Shown piece after piece: positions 25,456-38,099 of a stretch of DNA of 64,000 nucleotides (position 1 is the first letter of the stretch; every line of letters begins with the position of its first letter). The notes below the pieces were generated by a model. The model did no database searches. It was not told where the DNA came from and saw only the letters and a program-made list of their open reading frames with translations. Made by a program: the position numbers and the translations under genes. Location of the stretch: contig NC_057719.1 in assembly GCF_004010195.1 (NCBI RefSeq), forward strand, positions 17,176,893 to 17,240,892. The letters run 5' to 3'. The DNA comes from Chiloscyllium plagiosum. Lineage: Eukaryota.

Positions 25456-25654
25456 TGTTTAAGTTCATCTCTTCTTGCTTCCAAACTCTCTCTGTGCAAT
25501 GGGCACTATGGAGAGATCTGTACCTTTACCATGGACTAAAGTAAAATGCCAGATTTGCCTCAGTTGACCAACTACATGACAACATTGACACATTACTACT
25601 GCTCATCAGGAAATGGGTAGAAAATTCCTCAGCCTCTTTTATTCAAGAATTTTC

Positions 25655-26720
25655 TTTTTATTCATTTGTTGGGATTGGGTGTTGCTGGCTGGTCAGCATT
25701 GATAGCCCATCCCTATTTGCCCCCGAGAAAGTGGTGGTGAGCTGCCTTCTTGAATCGCCGCAGTCCACTTGCTGTGGGTCGACCCACAATGCCAGTTTGG
25801 AGGGAATTCCAGGATTTTGACCCAACAGCTGTGAAGGAATGGTGGTATATTTCCAATTCAGGGTGATGAGTGACTTGGAAGGGAACTTGTAGGTGGTGGT
25901 GTTCCCAAATACCTGCTGCCCTTGTCCATCTAGATGGAAGTGGTCATGGATTTAGAAGGTGCTGTCTAAGGATCTTTGGTGAATTTCTGCAGTGTATTTT
26001 GTAGATAGTACACACTGCTGCTACTGAGCGCCGGTGGTGGAGGGATTGAATGTTTGTAGCTGTGATGCCAATCAAGCGATTTGCTTTGTCCTGGATGGTG
26101 TCAAGCTTCTTGAGTGTTGTTGGAGCTACACCCATCCAGGCAAGTGGGGAGTATTCCATCACACTCTTGACATGTGCCTTGTCGATGATGGATAGACTTT
26201 GGGATGTCAGGAGGTGGGTTACTCACTGCAGTACCCCTAGTCTCTGACCTGCTCTTGTAGCCACTGTGTTTATGTGGTGAGTCCAGTTGAGTTTCTGGTC
26301 AATGGTAACCCCAAGGATGTTGACATTAGGGGAATCAGTAATGGTAATACCGTTGAATGTTAAGGGGCAGTGGTTAGAGTGCCTCTTATTGGTGATGGTC
26401 ATTGTCTGGCATTTGTGTGGCATGAATGTTACTTACCATTTGTTGGTCCAAGTCTGGATATTGTCCAAACCTTGTTGCATTTGAGCACGGTCTGCTTCAG
26501 TATCTGAGGAGTCGCAAATGGTGCTGAACAGTATACAATCATTGGCGAGCATCCCCATTTCTGACCTTATGACAGAGGGAAGGTCATTGATGAAGCAGCT
26601 GAGGATACTACCCTGAGGAACTCCTGCAGAGATGTCCTGAAGTTGAGATGACTGACCCTCCACAACCATAAAAATATTCCCTTGTGCCAGGTATGACTCT
26701 AACCAGCGGAATATTTTACG
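25655..26720 (-). mobile_element. CR1/L2-type LINE 3' part (RT C-terminus and 3' UTR)
   Basis: Minus ORFs WLESYL, AGVPQGSIL, ANDCIL, ILGVTIDQKLNWTHHI, MEYSPLAW. A-rich 3' end near 25655. Confidence 0.9.
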
Positions 26721-26949
26721 GTCAATGCTGCTGCAGATCTCATTGGAATGGATGGAATCCCAGATCAAAAAGGTCAAGAGGACAATGCTCCATCTAGATC
26801 AGTGTGCGGACCTTACATGATGTGAAGTAAGGGAAGAAGGTAATATGACAAGTACTGGTAAATTGTTTTTTTTTGCTGAGAGAATAAACTCAGTGCATGC
26901 TGTCCTACTCCTAATATAACATATCTTTGAACTGTGGGACAGCTGCACA

Positions 26950-27600
26950 GAGCTGTTATATGACATGGAAAACGTTGTGAAATATTCAAGAGGCAATGTC
27001 TCTCAATCCCGCAGGAATTGTGAGGAGTGTCTTTTCTTCTCCCAGTCTCTCGTCATGTTCAAATAACAAGTGTAGAGACGTGTGCTGCCTCGTGTCCCTG
27101 TGTCTCTATGTCTCCTCTGAAGCATTCCTTACATCGCTTCATTATACACACTCACAAACAGCAGGTGTTCCTGAGGCCCAGATCATTAATATCGCAAACA
27201 TTATCTAAATATGCGAATGTGTTGGCATTCTCTTTAAAGACACAGTATCCCCCTTTTGATGGTTTATATGCTGGCTGGGCTGCTGTGGAATTATTCCACC
27301 CTTGGACTCAAATCTGAACATTAGTCTCGAAAATGTAATCACATTGTAATACCTCATTTACATCCCAGCCTAGGGATAAGAAAGAAAAGATTGCAGTGCA
27401 ACCTCGTTATTACAAATCTCTCGTTATAACAAGCCTTTGCCCTGGTTCTAGTGGAAGCTCCATTATAATCAGCCGAAGAGCTGCAACCATAGTAACAGGA
27501 GCCCCCGATACCAATGAGTGTTGAGCCACTCAATGATAAATCACGCATTGTGACCCTCAGCTAAAGGAGTTAAATAAACTGCCCGTCCACCTGTTTTTCT
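26950..27600. promoter_or_regulatory. Candidate regulatory/CNE block
   Basis: Unique, CpG-retaining sequence with clustered TAAT, GATA (gataag, gataaa) and TGACC motifs. Inference only. Confidence 0.3.
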
Positions 27601-28319
27601 AAGCTCCTCTTATCTTTTACAGGAAGCACATGTTGATGTATTTGTCTTACTTTTGGTATTCTGGAGGACACAGAACCTCAGGAAGGAAAAGATTTCTGGC
27701 TCAGCCAACTCTGCCTCATCAACCTCTTTGTAAGAATGATGCTGCTGATCGTGGTGTAAATCAAATGGTGAATGAATCTCTTTCTGCAATGAAAGGAAAG
27801 CAAAAACAGTGCGATTGGTGAATTTCAATGTGCATGAGGCCCAAGTACATGTAGCATGAAATCAAGTTTATCTCCAATCCCTCATCGTCGCCAATGATTG
27901 ACTATTGCTGTCCTGTTTGACAAATTCACAGAAGAAACTCCATCTCTTCATTCTTAGGGTAGTGCTAGGTAAGCCGACAGACTTGATCTAAATACAATAT
28001 GGCAACAAGATCTGTGGTAAGTTGGCTAACTATGACTATGACTGAAGTGGCTTTGACCAGAACATGGATTTCAATTAGCAAATCCTCAACATTCTGGATC
28101 ACCTCAACAAGTCCACGCTAAATAATTGCAGCTCAACTTCGAGCACTGTAAAATCTGTTCCCAGTCCTTTAACTCTTTCAATCCAAAAGTTAAACCAAGT
28201 AAGGATCCATCGTTTGAACATGCCTTGAGACTCGGACAGTGAGAGGACAGTCAGCCTGCTGTGCCTGAGCTGTGCAAGATCTATCCAAGCAGTCCCATTC
28301 TTTTGTCTGTAATAGAGAT

Positions 28320-28650
28320 CTTGGAATATAGGTTCACCGAGGCTCCTTAGGAAGCACCTTCCAAACCCACAACCACCTCCATCTAGAGAGACAAGGACAG
28401 TGGATACATGTGAGCATCACCACTTGCAATTTCCTCTCCAAGCCACTCACCATCCTGACTTGGAAATATATACAAGTGTTCCTTCAGAGTCACTGGGCCA
28501 AAATCTTGGAACTCCCTCTGTAGCAGCACTATGGATATACCTACATCAAAAAGACTGCAGCACTTCAAGAAAGCAGCTCCCCATCACCTTCTCAAAGGCA
28601 ATTAGGGATGAGCAATAAATGCTGGCCCAGCCATTAAAACCTACATTCTC
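28320..28650 (+). mobile_element. CR1/L2-type LINE 3' end
   Basis: Homologous to the reverse complement of 25660-25990. Ends gggatgagcaataaatgctggcc. Confidence 0.8.
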
Positions 28651-28859
28651 AAGATTTTTGTTTTGAAAAATCAGCATTTCAGATCAGCAAAGCAAATAAG
28701 CAGCTAACAAAGCTTCTGGGTTTTACTTCTGGGGTCTAGAATTCAAAAGTAATGGAGCAACAATAAACTTATGCAGGGCTTTGGTCAGCCACATTTCAGG
28801 GCTCTGGCCACAATATTATACAAAGGTCATAAAAGCAAAGAAATTATGAGGGAACATGG

Positions 28860-30560
28860 GTTTTAGAAAGTTTGGGGACACAGTCTGATGAGCACCTCAC
28901 TGCAACAGCTTTGCAGCTGGCTCTGAAAGGAACACTCCAGGCCCTTATCACACAAAGGACCATTTGAGTTCAGGACCTTGCTCAGCCTCAGGCAGGAGAG
29001 AACCCTGTGGCATTGGCATTCAGAAACCTCATCCCCATTAACACGGAGGAACAGGAGCAGCAGACAGGTCCGTGAGACACAATGACACCCATTACCCAGA
29101 AGCTGCAGAGTAATAGAACAGTTGGTCTTCCTATATGGACAGTTTGGTCATTGCCATGGAGAGCCAGGTCCCGCACCTTTACACATACCTGCACTCCATC
29201 GGCTTAGCCATTGGTCCTTAAGACCAAAGGCATTGTGAGAGGGAATGGGAAACTGGCACACACTTCAGATACTCCTTCCTCACAAGGAGAGAATACAGTG
29301 CCGGAAGGAATCCCGCTCTCGGGCTCTGAACCAAACTTCCAAGGCCAACGGGTTCCATACCAAACAAGCTTCCGGTGCCCAAGGTGCAGAATCAGGGAGA
29401 CGTAATGGGAGGGTGAGAAAGAAGAAAACTTATTATGGGCACTTTGGTGGCATAGGTGACAATTCCCTACACACTGTTTCACACAGTTTTTATTTTAGAA
29501 ATGTCACTGCTTATTTCCAGCAATTTATCTCTCTTCACATAGCCACAATGTCAGTGTTCCAGCATGAGGCTGATCTTCATGGGCACACATGCAGTGTGTT
29601 TGCCACATGAGATGTTGGCACATGGGGTGCGGGTGTGAAATTGACGGAGCATAGTACCGTACAGCAAGATATTCATATTCCTAAGGACCACTGACCTGTA
29701 AGGCAAGCTTAGAGTGGCACTGGAAAAGCACAGCAAGCCAGGCAGCATCCAAGGAGCAGGAAAATCAATGTCCCAGACAAAAGGTCTTCATCATTTTCCT
29801 GCTCCTTGGATGCTGCCTGGACTGCTGTGCTTTTCCAGCGCCACTCTAATCTCCAGCATCTGTAGTACCAACCCCTGCCCAGCAAGGCAAGCTGCCTGTT
29901 TATGTGCCTGTGCTAATTGGGAAAGTCAGATCAGGGATGCTCTGAGCATGCAGCTAGGCGCGAAGTGAGTGAGTGCTGAAAGGGCATGAGTGCAAGCCTG
30001 GGATGTAGCCTGCTCCAATCTTTGAGGTTGCTCCCTGTCCGTAAACTCAATGTAATCTTACAGCAACCTTTCAATGCTTGTTGCCTGTTTACTTTGCAAT
30101 GCCAGTCTGTTTCCAGAGCTCCCTGTCAGTGTATCAGAGAGAGACCATGATGGTCACAAGGAGTTGGCAAGAGCCAGATGCCAGTGTTCGCAAACAAGGG
30201 ATGGCTGCAGCTGGTGCCCTTGGATCGAGCCTAACAATACAGTTTGGCCGTACACAAACAGTGATGTCCTTTGCAGCAAGGAGTGAGTTGAATTTGCCAG
30301 GTACCTACTCTGATGCACATGTCATGTTTTAATCCACACCTGGCTTGTTCAGTAAAATAGAAACGTGAATATTAATAAGATGAGTTGAGCCTTTAGCAAG
30401 GCATTTAACAAGCAATAATCCCCCTTGACAACTCACTACCACCTAATGCCAAATGAAAGCAATGTCAAAAGCATAAAAGGTGGAACGAGATGATTTCAAT
30501 GTCAAGATTGGCCTCACCAGACTTCACTGCCACAAATCTCGTAATACCCCACATCGTTCA
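28860..30560. mobile_element. Old GC-richer repeat relic, possibly a PIF/Harbinger-type DNA transposon, interrupted by a PLE palindrome
   Basis: Compositionally distinct. Degenerate coding-like segment (MESQV...LHSI) and aatattaataagatgag...gcatttaacaagcaataatcccc motif. Family assignment is from recall only. Confidence 0.25.
29710..29883. mobile_element. PLE family-1 palindromic mini-element
   Basis: Arms ~29709-29765 and 29793-29849 are reverse complements. Unpaired tail on the right. TSD aaggcaagct at 29700-29709 and 29884-29893. Confidence 0.85.
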
Positions 30561-31338
30561 GACCATTATAAGTTTGAGCAGTTCTGTTATGGAGCTCATT
30601 CACAAGTCTAATTGTACGCAAGTCAGAGCGCAATGCAAGACAATGGACAGCAACTGTTTGTAGTAGGGGAGGTGTTCACATGCCGGGTTTTTAAAATTAC
30701 ACTACTGTATGGGATCATATTTGTAAACCTGAGTTTTTGTAGGTCATAAATTGGGGCCCTCCTGATAAATAAATTTGGAATTATGGTTTGCTTTCTGAGA
30801 AAATACAATCCAAGTAGTCTTTAATCCTAATGGCAAAATGCCCCACCATTTGTAGGAGCATTTCTGTTTTTTTTGGCTGATTTTGGCTCATTTTATCACT
30901 TCTCAATACTTTTCCCAATTGTCTCTAAAACCCATTTACATGATTCACTTTGATCAGCTTCCCAATAATTTGCTTCATACATTTAGGAAAAGAAGTGTGA
31001 AATGGGAAAAAAAAGCCAGAAAAGACAGGAGGATTTATTTATATAGCACTTTTCGCTGACACAAGATAATGTAAAATTCTTTCCAATCAGTGAAATTCAC
31101 TCCTCTTTGGCATTAAATTGTTCCATTCAAATTCATCTTTAAATTGTGCCCATCAGATTTTAAATTGTTCATCAATGTAAACAACCTGCTTGGAGTTTTT
31201 AAATTTAACATATTTCTAAATAAGAATATTAGTTTGCCATGAAGAATAACCCTAACTTAGAATATAAGAATATCACAGTGCAGGAACAGGCCCTTTGGCC
31301 TACCATGTCTGTGCTGACCATGAACTCATTTTAAACTC

Positions 31339-31551
31339 AGGTCAAAGAAAAATTGAAAGAATTGTGGATGCTGTAAAACAGAAGTTCCTGGAAAAGCTCA
31401 GCAGGTCTGATAGCACCTGGGAAGAGAAATCAGATTTAACGTTTCAGGTCCGTTTCTGAGGAAGGGTCACCGGACGCAAAATGTTAACTCTGATTTCTCT
31501 TCGTAGCTGCTGCCAGACCTGCTGAGCTTTTTCAGCAATTTCTGTCATTGT
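31339..31551. mobile_element. PLE-like family-3 palindromic mini-element inside a LINE 3' fragment (31260-31620)
   Basis: Inverted arms (cagaagttcctggaaaagctcagcaggtctg / cagacctgctgagctttttcagcaatttctg). Central CTGAGGA-A-GGGTC-ACCG-GACGC-AAAA-TGTT. TSD tt(t/c)taaactc. Confidence 0.8.
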
Positions 31552-32039
31552 TTCTAAACTCGTCCCATCTGCACACAGTCTGTATCCCTCTATTCCTTGC
31601 CTGTTCGTGTTTCTAAATTTCTTTTAAAACTGTCATCATAATTTCAGTGTGTGAACTCAACAACTGAATATTAATATGTTTAAACCCCCAGTTGTCCATC
31701 AATAAGGCACTGGTATTTCTTCCAGGTTATGGAGATCAACACGGCACGCAACAATCTGGAATGAATCTAACCTGAGCCTTATACAGTAACACACAGAGAT
31801 GGTGGCAGATTAATTGTTACTGATTCTCACCTTTGTAAATGCTGATAGATTTGCTAATGCCTCATTTAAATGAGCCAGTTTAACACCTTCTTATTAACTT
31901 CTTCTCGAGGCTAACCCACATAAATAGAGGATGTCACAGGAAGACTGCAAATGTAACAAGCATTGCAGCAAGTCAAAGCTGTACAGACAATGTTACTTGG
32001 ACCAATCAGAATGGTGCCTCACTGCTACCAATCACAATT

Positions 32040-32228
32040 AACCCCCACCTGCAACCACCTATTGCCTTCCCATGTGTCTTCACCTCCAGCCCCACCCTCC
32101 TATTTATCTCTCAGCTCCTTTCCCCCTCCATATTCCTGATGAAGGACTTATGCCTGAGACGTGACTCTCCTGCTCCTCGGATGCTGCCTGACCTGCTGTG
32201 CTTTCCAGCGCCACTCTTTTCGATTCTG
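32040..32228 (+). mobile_element. PLE family-1 3' end with degenerate hammerhead
   Basis: tattcCTGATGAaggacttatgcctGAGAcgtgactctcctgctcctcggatgctgcctgacc. Confidence 0.8.
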
Positions 32229-32819
32229 AATGTGGCATGTTCAGTCTGTAACTTTTACAAGAACATGGTGTTCTCCTAATCATGGAAAATAAGAAATGCA
32301 GTTGAAAGATTTTTTTTTAAATCAGGGAACTTGGATTTACTACCCATCAGCATGACCCCAAGCTTGCAGTGGCCTGCCAGTTTAATTGCCCACCTTGCCC
32401 TCACACTGACACATCTCTGTCCTCAGTTTACTGCAATGTTCCAGAGCAGCAAGGGTCAAAATTGCAAATTACGTAGCATATATGCGATTTTCTCAGTGGT
32501 CGGGATGTGCTGCTGATCACTGATTTCCCTGATTTTCACTTGGCCAATATTCAAAAGATTACATTTACATATCACCTTGCACTACCTTGGAAACTGGCAG
32601 CCAAATTGCACACAGCAAGCACCTGCAAACAGTGCAACTTGCTTCAGTGGTGCTGATTGTGGGAAAAACATTTGGTGAAGGCAATGGTAATTGTTCACTT
32701 GCTCTCATGTGTAATGTTTCCGTGGGATCTATTGCAGCCATCTCAAATAGCAGGCAGTGGCAGTGGATTTAGAAGCCAGCATTACCACGAACAAGTATTA
32801 TTGTAATATTGCACTAGAG

Positions 32820-33160
32820 CTTTTTTTTTCATACTTGGATGTGAGCGTCACTAGACATGCCAGCATGTAATGTATTGCCCATCCCTAATTGCCCAGAGAG
32901 CATGTAAGAGTCAATCACATTAGGGGTAAGGTTGACAATTTCCTTTCCTGAACGACAATAGTGAAGAAGAAGTTTTTTTTAATAACATTCTACATGGTCA
33001 CCATTAGGTCATCTTTTTTCTAATTCCAGATTTTAATTGAATTCAAACTTCACTGTCTGCCATGGTGAGATTTGAACCCAAGTTTCCAGAAGATTATCTT
33101 GGATTATCTTTGTGTCTGAATTACTAGCCCAGTGGAAATACACCTAGGTCACCATCTCGC
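32820..33160 (-). mobile_element. Old SINE-like repeat
   Basis: Same family as 23520-23850, reverse orientation (gatttgaaccc, tttcctttcctga). Confidence 0.6.
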
Positions 33161-33189
33161 CAGCCAGTGTCAGACTTGCATGTATAAGC

Positions 33190-33290
33190 CATAAACAGAA
33201 ATTACTGAAGAAACTCAGCAGGTCTGGTAGCACCTGTAGGAAAAAAGCAGAGTCAATGTTTCAGGTTCAGTGACCTATCATCAGAACTGG
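33190..33290 (-). mobile_element. PLE-like family-3 terminal fragment with hammerhead core
   Basis: Minus strand TT-CTGATGA-T-AGGTC-ACTG-AACCT-GAAA-CATT-GAC. Homologous to 31375-31450. Confidence 0.7.
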
Positions 33291-33839
33291 TCTTATTTCA
33301 GTGTATATAAGACTCTGGACTGGGATTCAAGTCTACAAATTTCACAGTCAGAGTGGTGAGAGTGCTACAAACTTGGCCATAAGACATAGGAGCAGAAGAC
33401 CCTTCAATCCCTCAAGTCTGATCTACAATTCTATGAACTCATACCTGATCTGATAATCCTAAACTCCACATTCTTATCTTTTCCTCTAAACTTTCATTCC
33501 CTTTACTGATTAAAAATCTGTCTGTGTTAGAAGGCAACCATCACATGGCAGACATGCCTTCAGCTGTCTTATTTAAAAATTAATTCATGGGATTTGGGTG
33601 TTGCTGGTTGGCCAGCAATTATTGCCCACCACCAATTGCATAGCGAAGGTGCTGGTGAGCTGCCTCCTTGAGTTACTGCAAACCCCTTCGTGTAGTGATG
33701 CACACAATCCCGTTAGGAACGGAGATCCAGCATCTTGATTGGATTGGTGTTCGGCACAGGCAGTCAGTGGTTTGCAAGGCCAGTCAGACCACATGTAGAA
33801 GCCCCCCCATGCTGATTTGTAACATTTATCTGTAATCTG

Positions 33840-34078
33840 TTTATCTGACTGTAATATTTATCCTTTAACTATGTCTTATTTCTAACTTATACTATGAATC
33901 ACTTTCAGGTAATGCAAGTTTTATTTCTTCTTTAGTCCTCTTTTGTATCTCATATTTGTACCGAGGTGCTTTGTATCTAAGGCGGTGCCATGTGGGATGA
34001 TATTGTAAACTTTTCATTGTACTCTTCCACTTGAGTACATGTGACAATAAAACCTAATCTTATTGTATTCTATTCTAT
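33840..34078 (+). mobile_element. 3' end of a non-LTR element (clade uncertain)
   Basis: acttttcattgtact...gtacatgtgacaataaa followed by a (tattc)n tail. Similar terminus at 48420-48455. Confidence 0.45.
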
Positions 34079-34447
34079 GTTAAAGACACACTGCACATAG
34101 TTTCACTTGTGGGAGAGCTAAAGATCTTCGATGTAATACATGCCCAGACGACTGGGGTTGATTATTTCCAACAAAACACAACTGTTTCAGGAAAAGAAGT
34201 TTGAAAAACGAATCTCATTTTGGGACCATGACAGTTCAATTAATATCAGAATTGGTCCTTCCTTATATGGTAATGAACTGAAAAATCATGGGATGGTCCT
34301 TGCGTTCCATAACACAGGCTAATTAATGTAAAATGGGTGCAGCATCAGTTAGCCATTCATCCACCCATGGTCAGCTAGAAAGTATTGGGTTCCCAGTTTA
34401 AAACTTGGCATCATGGTTCAAGGTTTGGACTATCATGAATATCATAA

Positions 34448-34657
34448 TCAGAAGCCACAAAACACCAGGTTATAGTCCAACAGGTTTATTTGAAATGACA
34501 AGCTTTCGAGCGCTGCTCCTTCATCCAATGAAATGACTTCGCCTGACGAAGGAACAGCGCTCCAAAAGCTTGTGATTTCAAATAAACCTGTTGGATTATG
34601 ACCTGGTGCTGTGTGGCTTCTGACTTTGTCCACCCCTGATCAACACTGGCACCTCCA
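34448..34657. mobile_element. PLE-like family-2 palindromic mini-element with two hammerhead-like cores
   Basis: Arms ~34448-34525 and 34544-34623 are reverse complements. Plus strand CTGACGA-A-GGAAC-AGC-GCTCC-AAAA-GCTT; minus strand GATGA-A-GGAGC-AGC-GCTC-GAAA-GCTT. Tail 34624-34657 and a degenerate 17-bp TSD. Confidence 0.85.
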
Positions 34658-35622
34658 TATCGTGGGTATCACAAAACAACAGATTCCAACTGCCCCTGTT
34701 CAGTAATTCTTGTCTTATAAATAAATAAAACCTCCTCCTACATGGTTGATAAAAGTTGCAAAATTTTCCAAAGGGGAAATTGCCTTCACAAAAAAAATTG
34801 TCTTACCTAAAACATTTTATTTATTTATTTTGCATTTTAAAAAGAAAAAGCAGCTACCAATTCCCAGATCGGCAGTAGACTTATTAAATGTAATATTTTA
34901 TATCTTCGCAGTCAGAGTTGACATTATCATTCCTTTCCTATTTCAATAATAATAATCTCTGATATTCCATTCCTTGACAGGAGCTAATGGTTTCTTTTAT
35001 TATAAGAGAAGCTCATGGAATTCACACAGTATGGAACAAAATGAGCTGTTTTTTTTAATGTTAATTCCATTCACGATATAGACTTCCCTAAAGTCACTAA
35101 CAAGCTGAGGGATGATGCAATTGCTACCAGTGCGAGCAGGGAAAGAATAAAAGGATTGTAATTATCCTTTTAACATTTGCTTTATGTTTATTTTAAAGGA
35201 ATTGATAGCCTTTATTCTGCTGCTCCTGAAATCAATGTCTAAGAAAAAAAGCAACTTGGATGTTGTCAAGGTGCGTTTGGTCCTCATTAACTCATATTCC
35301 ATCTAGGTTGAGCTGTTCTGATTTCAACAGATAAGCTCAACTTAAAGTCTGTCTTAGTCATCTCTTACTGATTCAACAACCAGGGATGAAAAGACAAGAG
35401 AGAAACAACAATGAAAAGTGTGGAGTTAAGAAAAGAGAAGAACATGAGAGCGAAAATGAAAAAGATTCAAGAAAGTTTCATAGATAATAATCCTTCTGAT
35501 TCTGCTTTAGCTGGGGCAGTGTGACAAACAAAAATCCCATGTTCCACCAACACCTTTATGGACAGAGCTAAATAACCAGGTATGATTTGCTCAGATCCTT
35601 TACACTTGAGATTCATGTCTTG

Positions 35623-36247
35623 TGTTATGGACCAGACCAGAACCCTCTAAAATATATTAGGGAGATAGTCTTAACTTGTTCTTATTTTAAAGGTAAATGT
35701 AAGGCACTGTGTTCCAGATGCAATTCAATTGGTCAAACTACTAGATTAGAAGCAAAACACACTTTATTTATATAGTCTAGTTAAAACACAACAAAAGAAT
35801 GAATAAAGAAAAGAATTGGTTTAGCCGTAATTCTCTTGGAAATCTTAACAGCGGAATAGATTAGTTAGCTACTAAAACATAACGGTTCCAATATAGCAAC
35901 ATCCCATAAACACACCTTTGGCAAAAGACAAATTCAGAAAACAGATTGTCTCACATGCAACTCCCTCAGCCCAGAAGGAAAAGCATCAAGAGAATTCTGA
36001 CAGGGTGTAGTAGGGAGAAATGGACTGCAGCAACAAACCCAGCAACAACTGCTCCTGAAAAACCAAAGAAACTAAAAATCCTGGTTCTGTGAGTGTCTCC
36101 ACTATTCATACTTATATTGTTCCAACTTTTCACAAAAACATCCTAGGTTTCACAAGTTATTTATCTTCTCATAGACTGCTCACCACCTGTCTTTCTTTAA
36201 AAGAAATCAGGACCAAACTCGTATCTTAAAATCACAATATCATCACA
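35623..36247. mobile_element. Probable solo LTR
   Basis: TGTTATGG...CATCACA termini with flanks cttg/cgtg (4-bp TSD, one mismatch). tttatt poly-A signal on the minus strand at ~35763. Confidence 0.55.
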
Positions 36248-36709
36248 CGTGGCTAAGCTGAGGTGAAGACATTACAATCAAGATTTCAAAATATATGCTG
36301 GTAAAGGAATGTCATCTTAATTCCTTCATCCAAGAACAGAACTTGTAATCTTTTATCAAATTACTTAAATGGATATACCCAAGGTGCCTGCTTAGGCCAC
36401 TGACCATTTTTCGCATAAAATTCTTCTTCACTGGTTGTTTGTACCTTTTGGCTCTTACGTCTTTGTTGCTCTGAAGTGCCTGGAAATAATGCTTCAGATT
36501 TATTTACCATACTGTTTGACATGTATCTTTGACATGTATCTCAATCACTTCCTTTCAAGTTTAAAAGAAATCTCCAGCATAAACAATCTGCATTCCCAGG
36601 AAGGAGGGAGAGTTGAGACAAGGTTGTGAACAATTATCTCTAATGCCAGCAGGAGGAGATAAGGGTGACCCGAGGATGATATTTATAAGGTCTCAAGATA
36701 CAGTTTATT

Positions 36710-37100
36710 ACATCATGGAATGTGGGCATTACTGACAAGATCGGCTTTTATCATTGATCCCTAACTGCCCTTGAACTGAGTGGCTTGCTCAGACATAACA
36801 CAGCACACATAGGAGTCAGTCATGTTGCTGGGGGTCTGGAGTCAGGTCTATGCCAGCAGATAAGGACAGTAAATTTCCTTCTCTAAGGCACATTAGTGAA
36901 AAAAGGTGGACTTTTACAATAATCGCTGCAGGTTTCATGGTCACACTTATTGAGACTTCAATTTCAATTCCAGATTTAATAAATTGAATTTAAGCTCCAC
37001 TAACTGCAGTGGTGGAACTTGAATGGTTGACCCCAGATTATTGGCCTGTACGTCTGGATTACTTACTTAGTGACTTTATTAGCACATCACCATCTCTGCC
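36710..37100 (-). mobile_element. Old SINE-like repeat
   Basis: Same family as 32820-33160 (ggggtctggagtca, tttccttctctaagg, ttccagatt). Confidence 0.6.
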
Positions 37101-37109
37101 AAGTGGGGG

Positions 37110-37148
37110 GAGAGAGAGAGAAAGAAAGAGAGAGAGAGAGAGAGAGAG
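37110..37148. repeat. Imperfect (GA)n microsatellite
   Basis: Seen directly. Confidence 0.9.
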
Positions 37149-38099
37149 ATTGTTGATCCCCTCTAGCTTGTTCTGCTACTCAATAAGGTTGTGATTGATC
37201 TGACTGTGGTCTTTCCTGCTAGCCCCTATAATCTTTGACACCCTTGACAAGCAATCTCAAATATGTCGAACTCGGTCTTGAATATATTCAGTGATTCAAG
37301 CTTTATGACATCAGAGAAGAAGTTCATCCACATCTGTACCTATTCTTGTTAAACTGATCTCAAGTTCAAAAGTGGTGAGATTGGATGTGGGAAATCTTTG
37401 GCTCTCTAGGATGTGAAAAGACCATCGGATCTCCCACCAATCAGGAAGTTGATTGGTTGTCGGTGGGCTTTTGACAGCTGTTAGGAACCAGGCCAAGGCA
37501 GATCCAGCGCCAAGTGCTGTCAGCTAATCAGAGGCTAGAAGCTCCAGGGCTCAACAGCACCACAAAGGTAACCATGGCTACTGCTGGTACCACACCTCCT
37601 GACTCTTGGGATAGAGGATTGCCTGCATTAAAGGCATTAGGGGAGGCGGGGGAGTGTTGGTAAGAAATTTGGGGTGTCAGGAGCCATGGTGGTTAGAAAC
37701 TTAGATAGAAACTCACTTCACCATCAACAAGCTGATTAAAGATACAGTGAGTCACTCCCAACTTCAGCACTTGCCTGGGTGGACCAATCATCCAGTTCAA
37801 CCGTAAATCACACCATGTTGCTCAGAGCTCAATTCTGCCAATTGAGTATTGTGTTGGCTCTGGATCATTTTGAAATATTCATCATCAAAAATATAGAAGA
37901 AACTGTTATTTACAGAGATAACAATTCTTTGATTTGTTTTTGTTGAAAAACTTTTGGGTAAGAATTTATGATTGTTTAAATGGAGTTTAATTTCCTAGTT
38001 GTACAATTTAAAACTCAATCATGGACCTAGAAAAGACAATGTTATAGCATACACTTTGTTAATAGCTCATATGAAGCAAACTGTATAATGCAAATGAAC

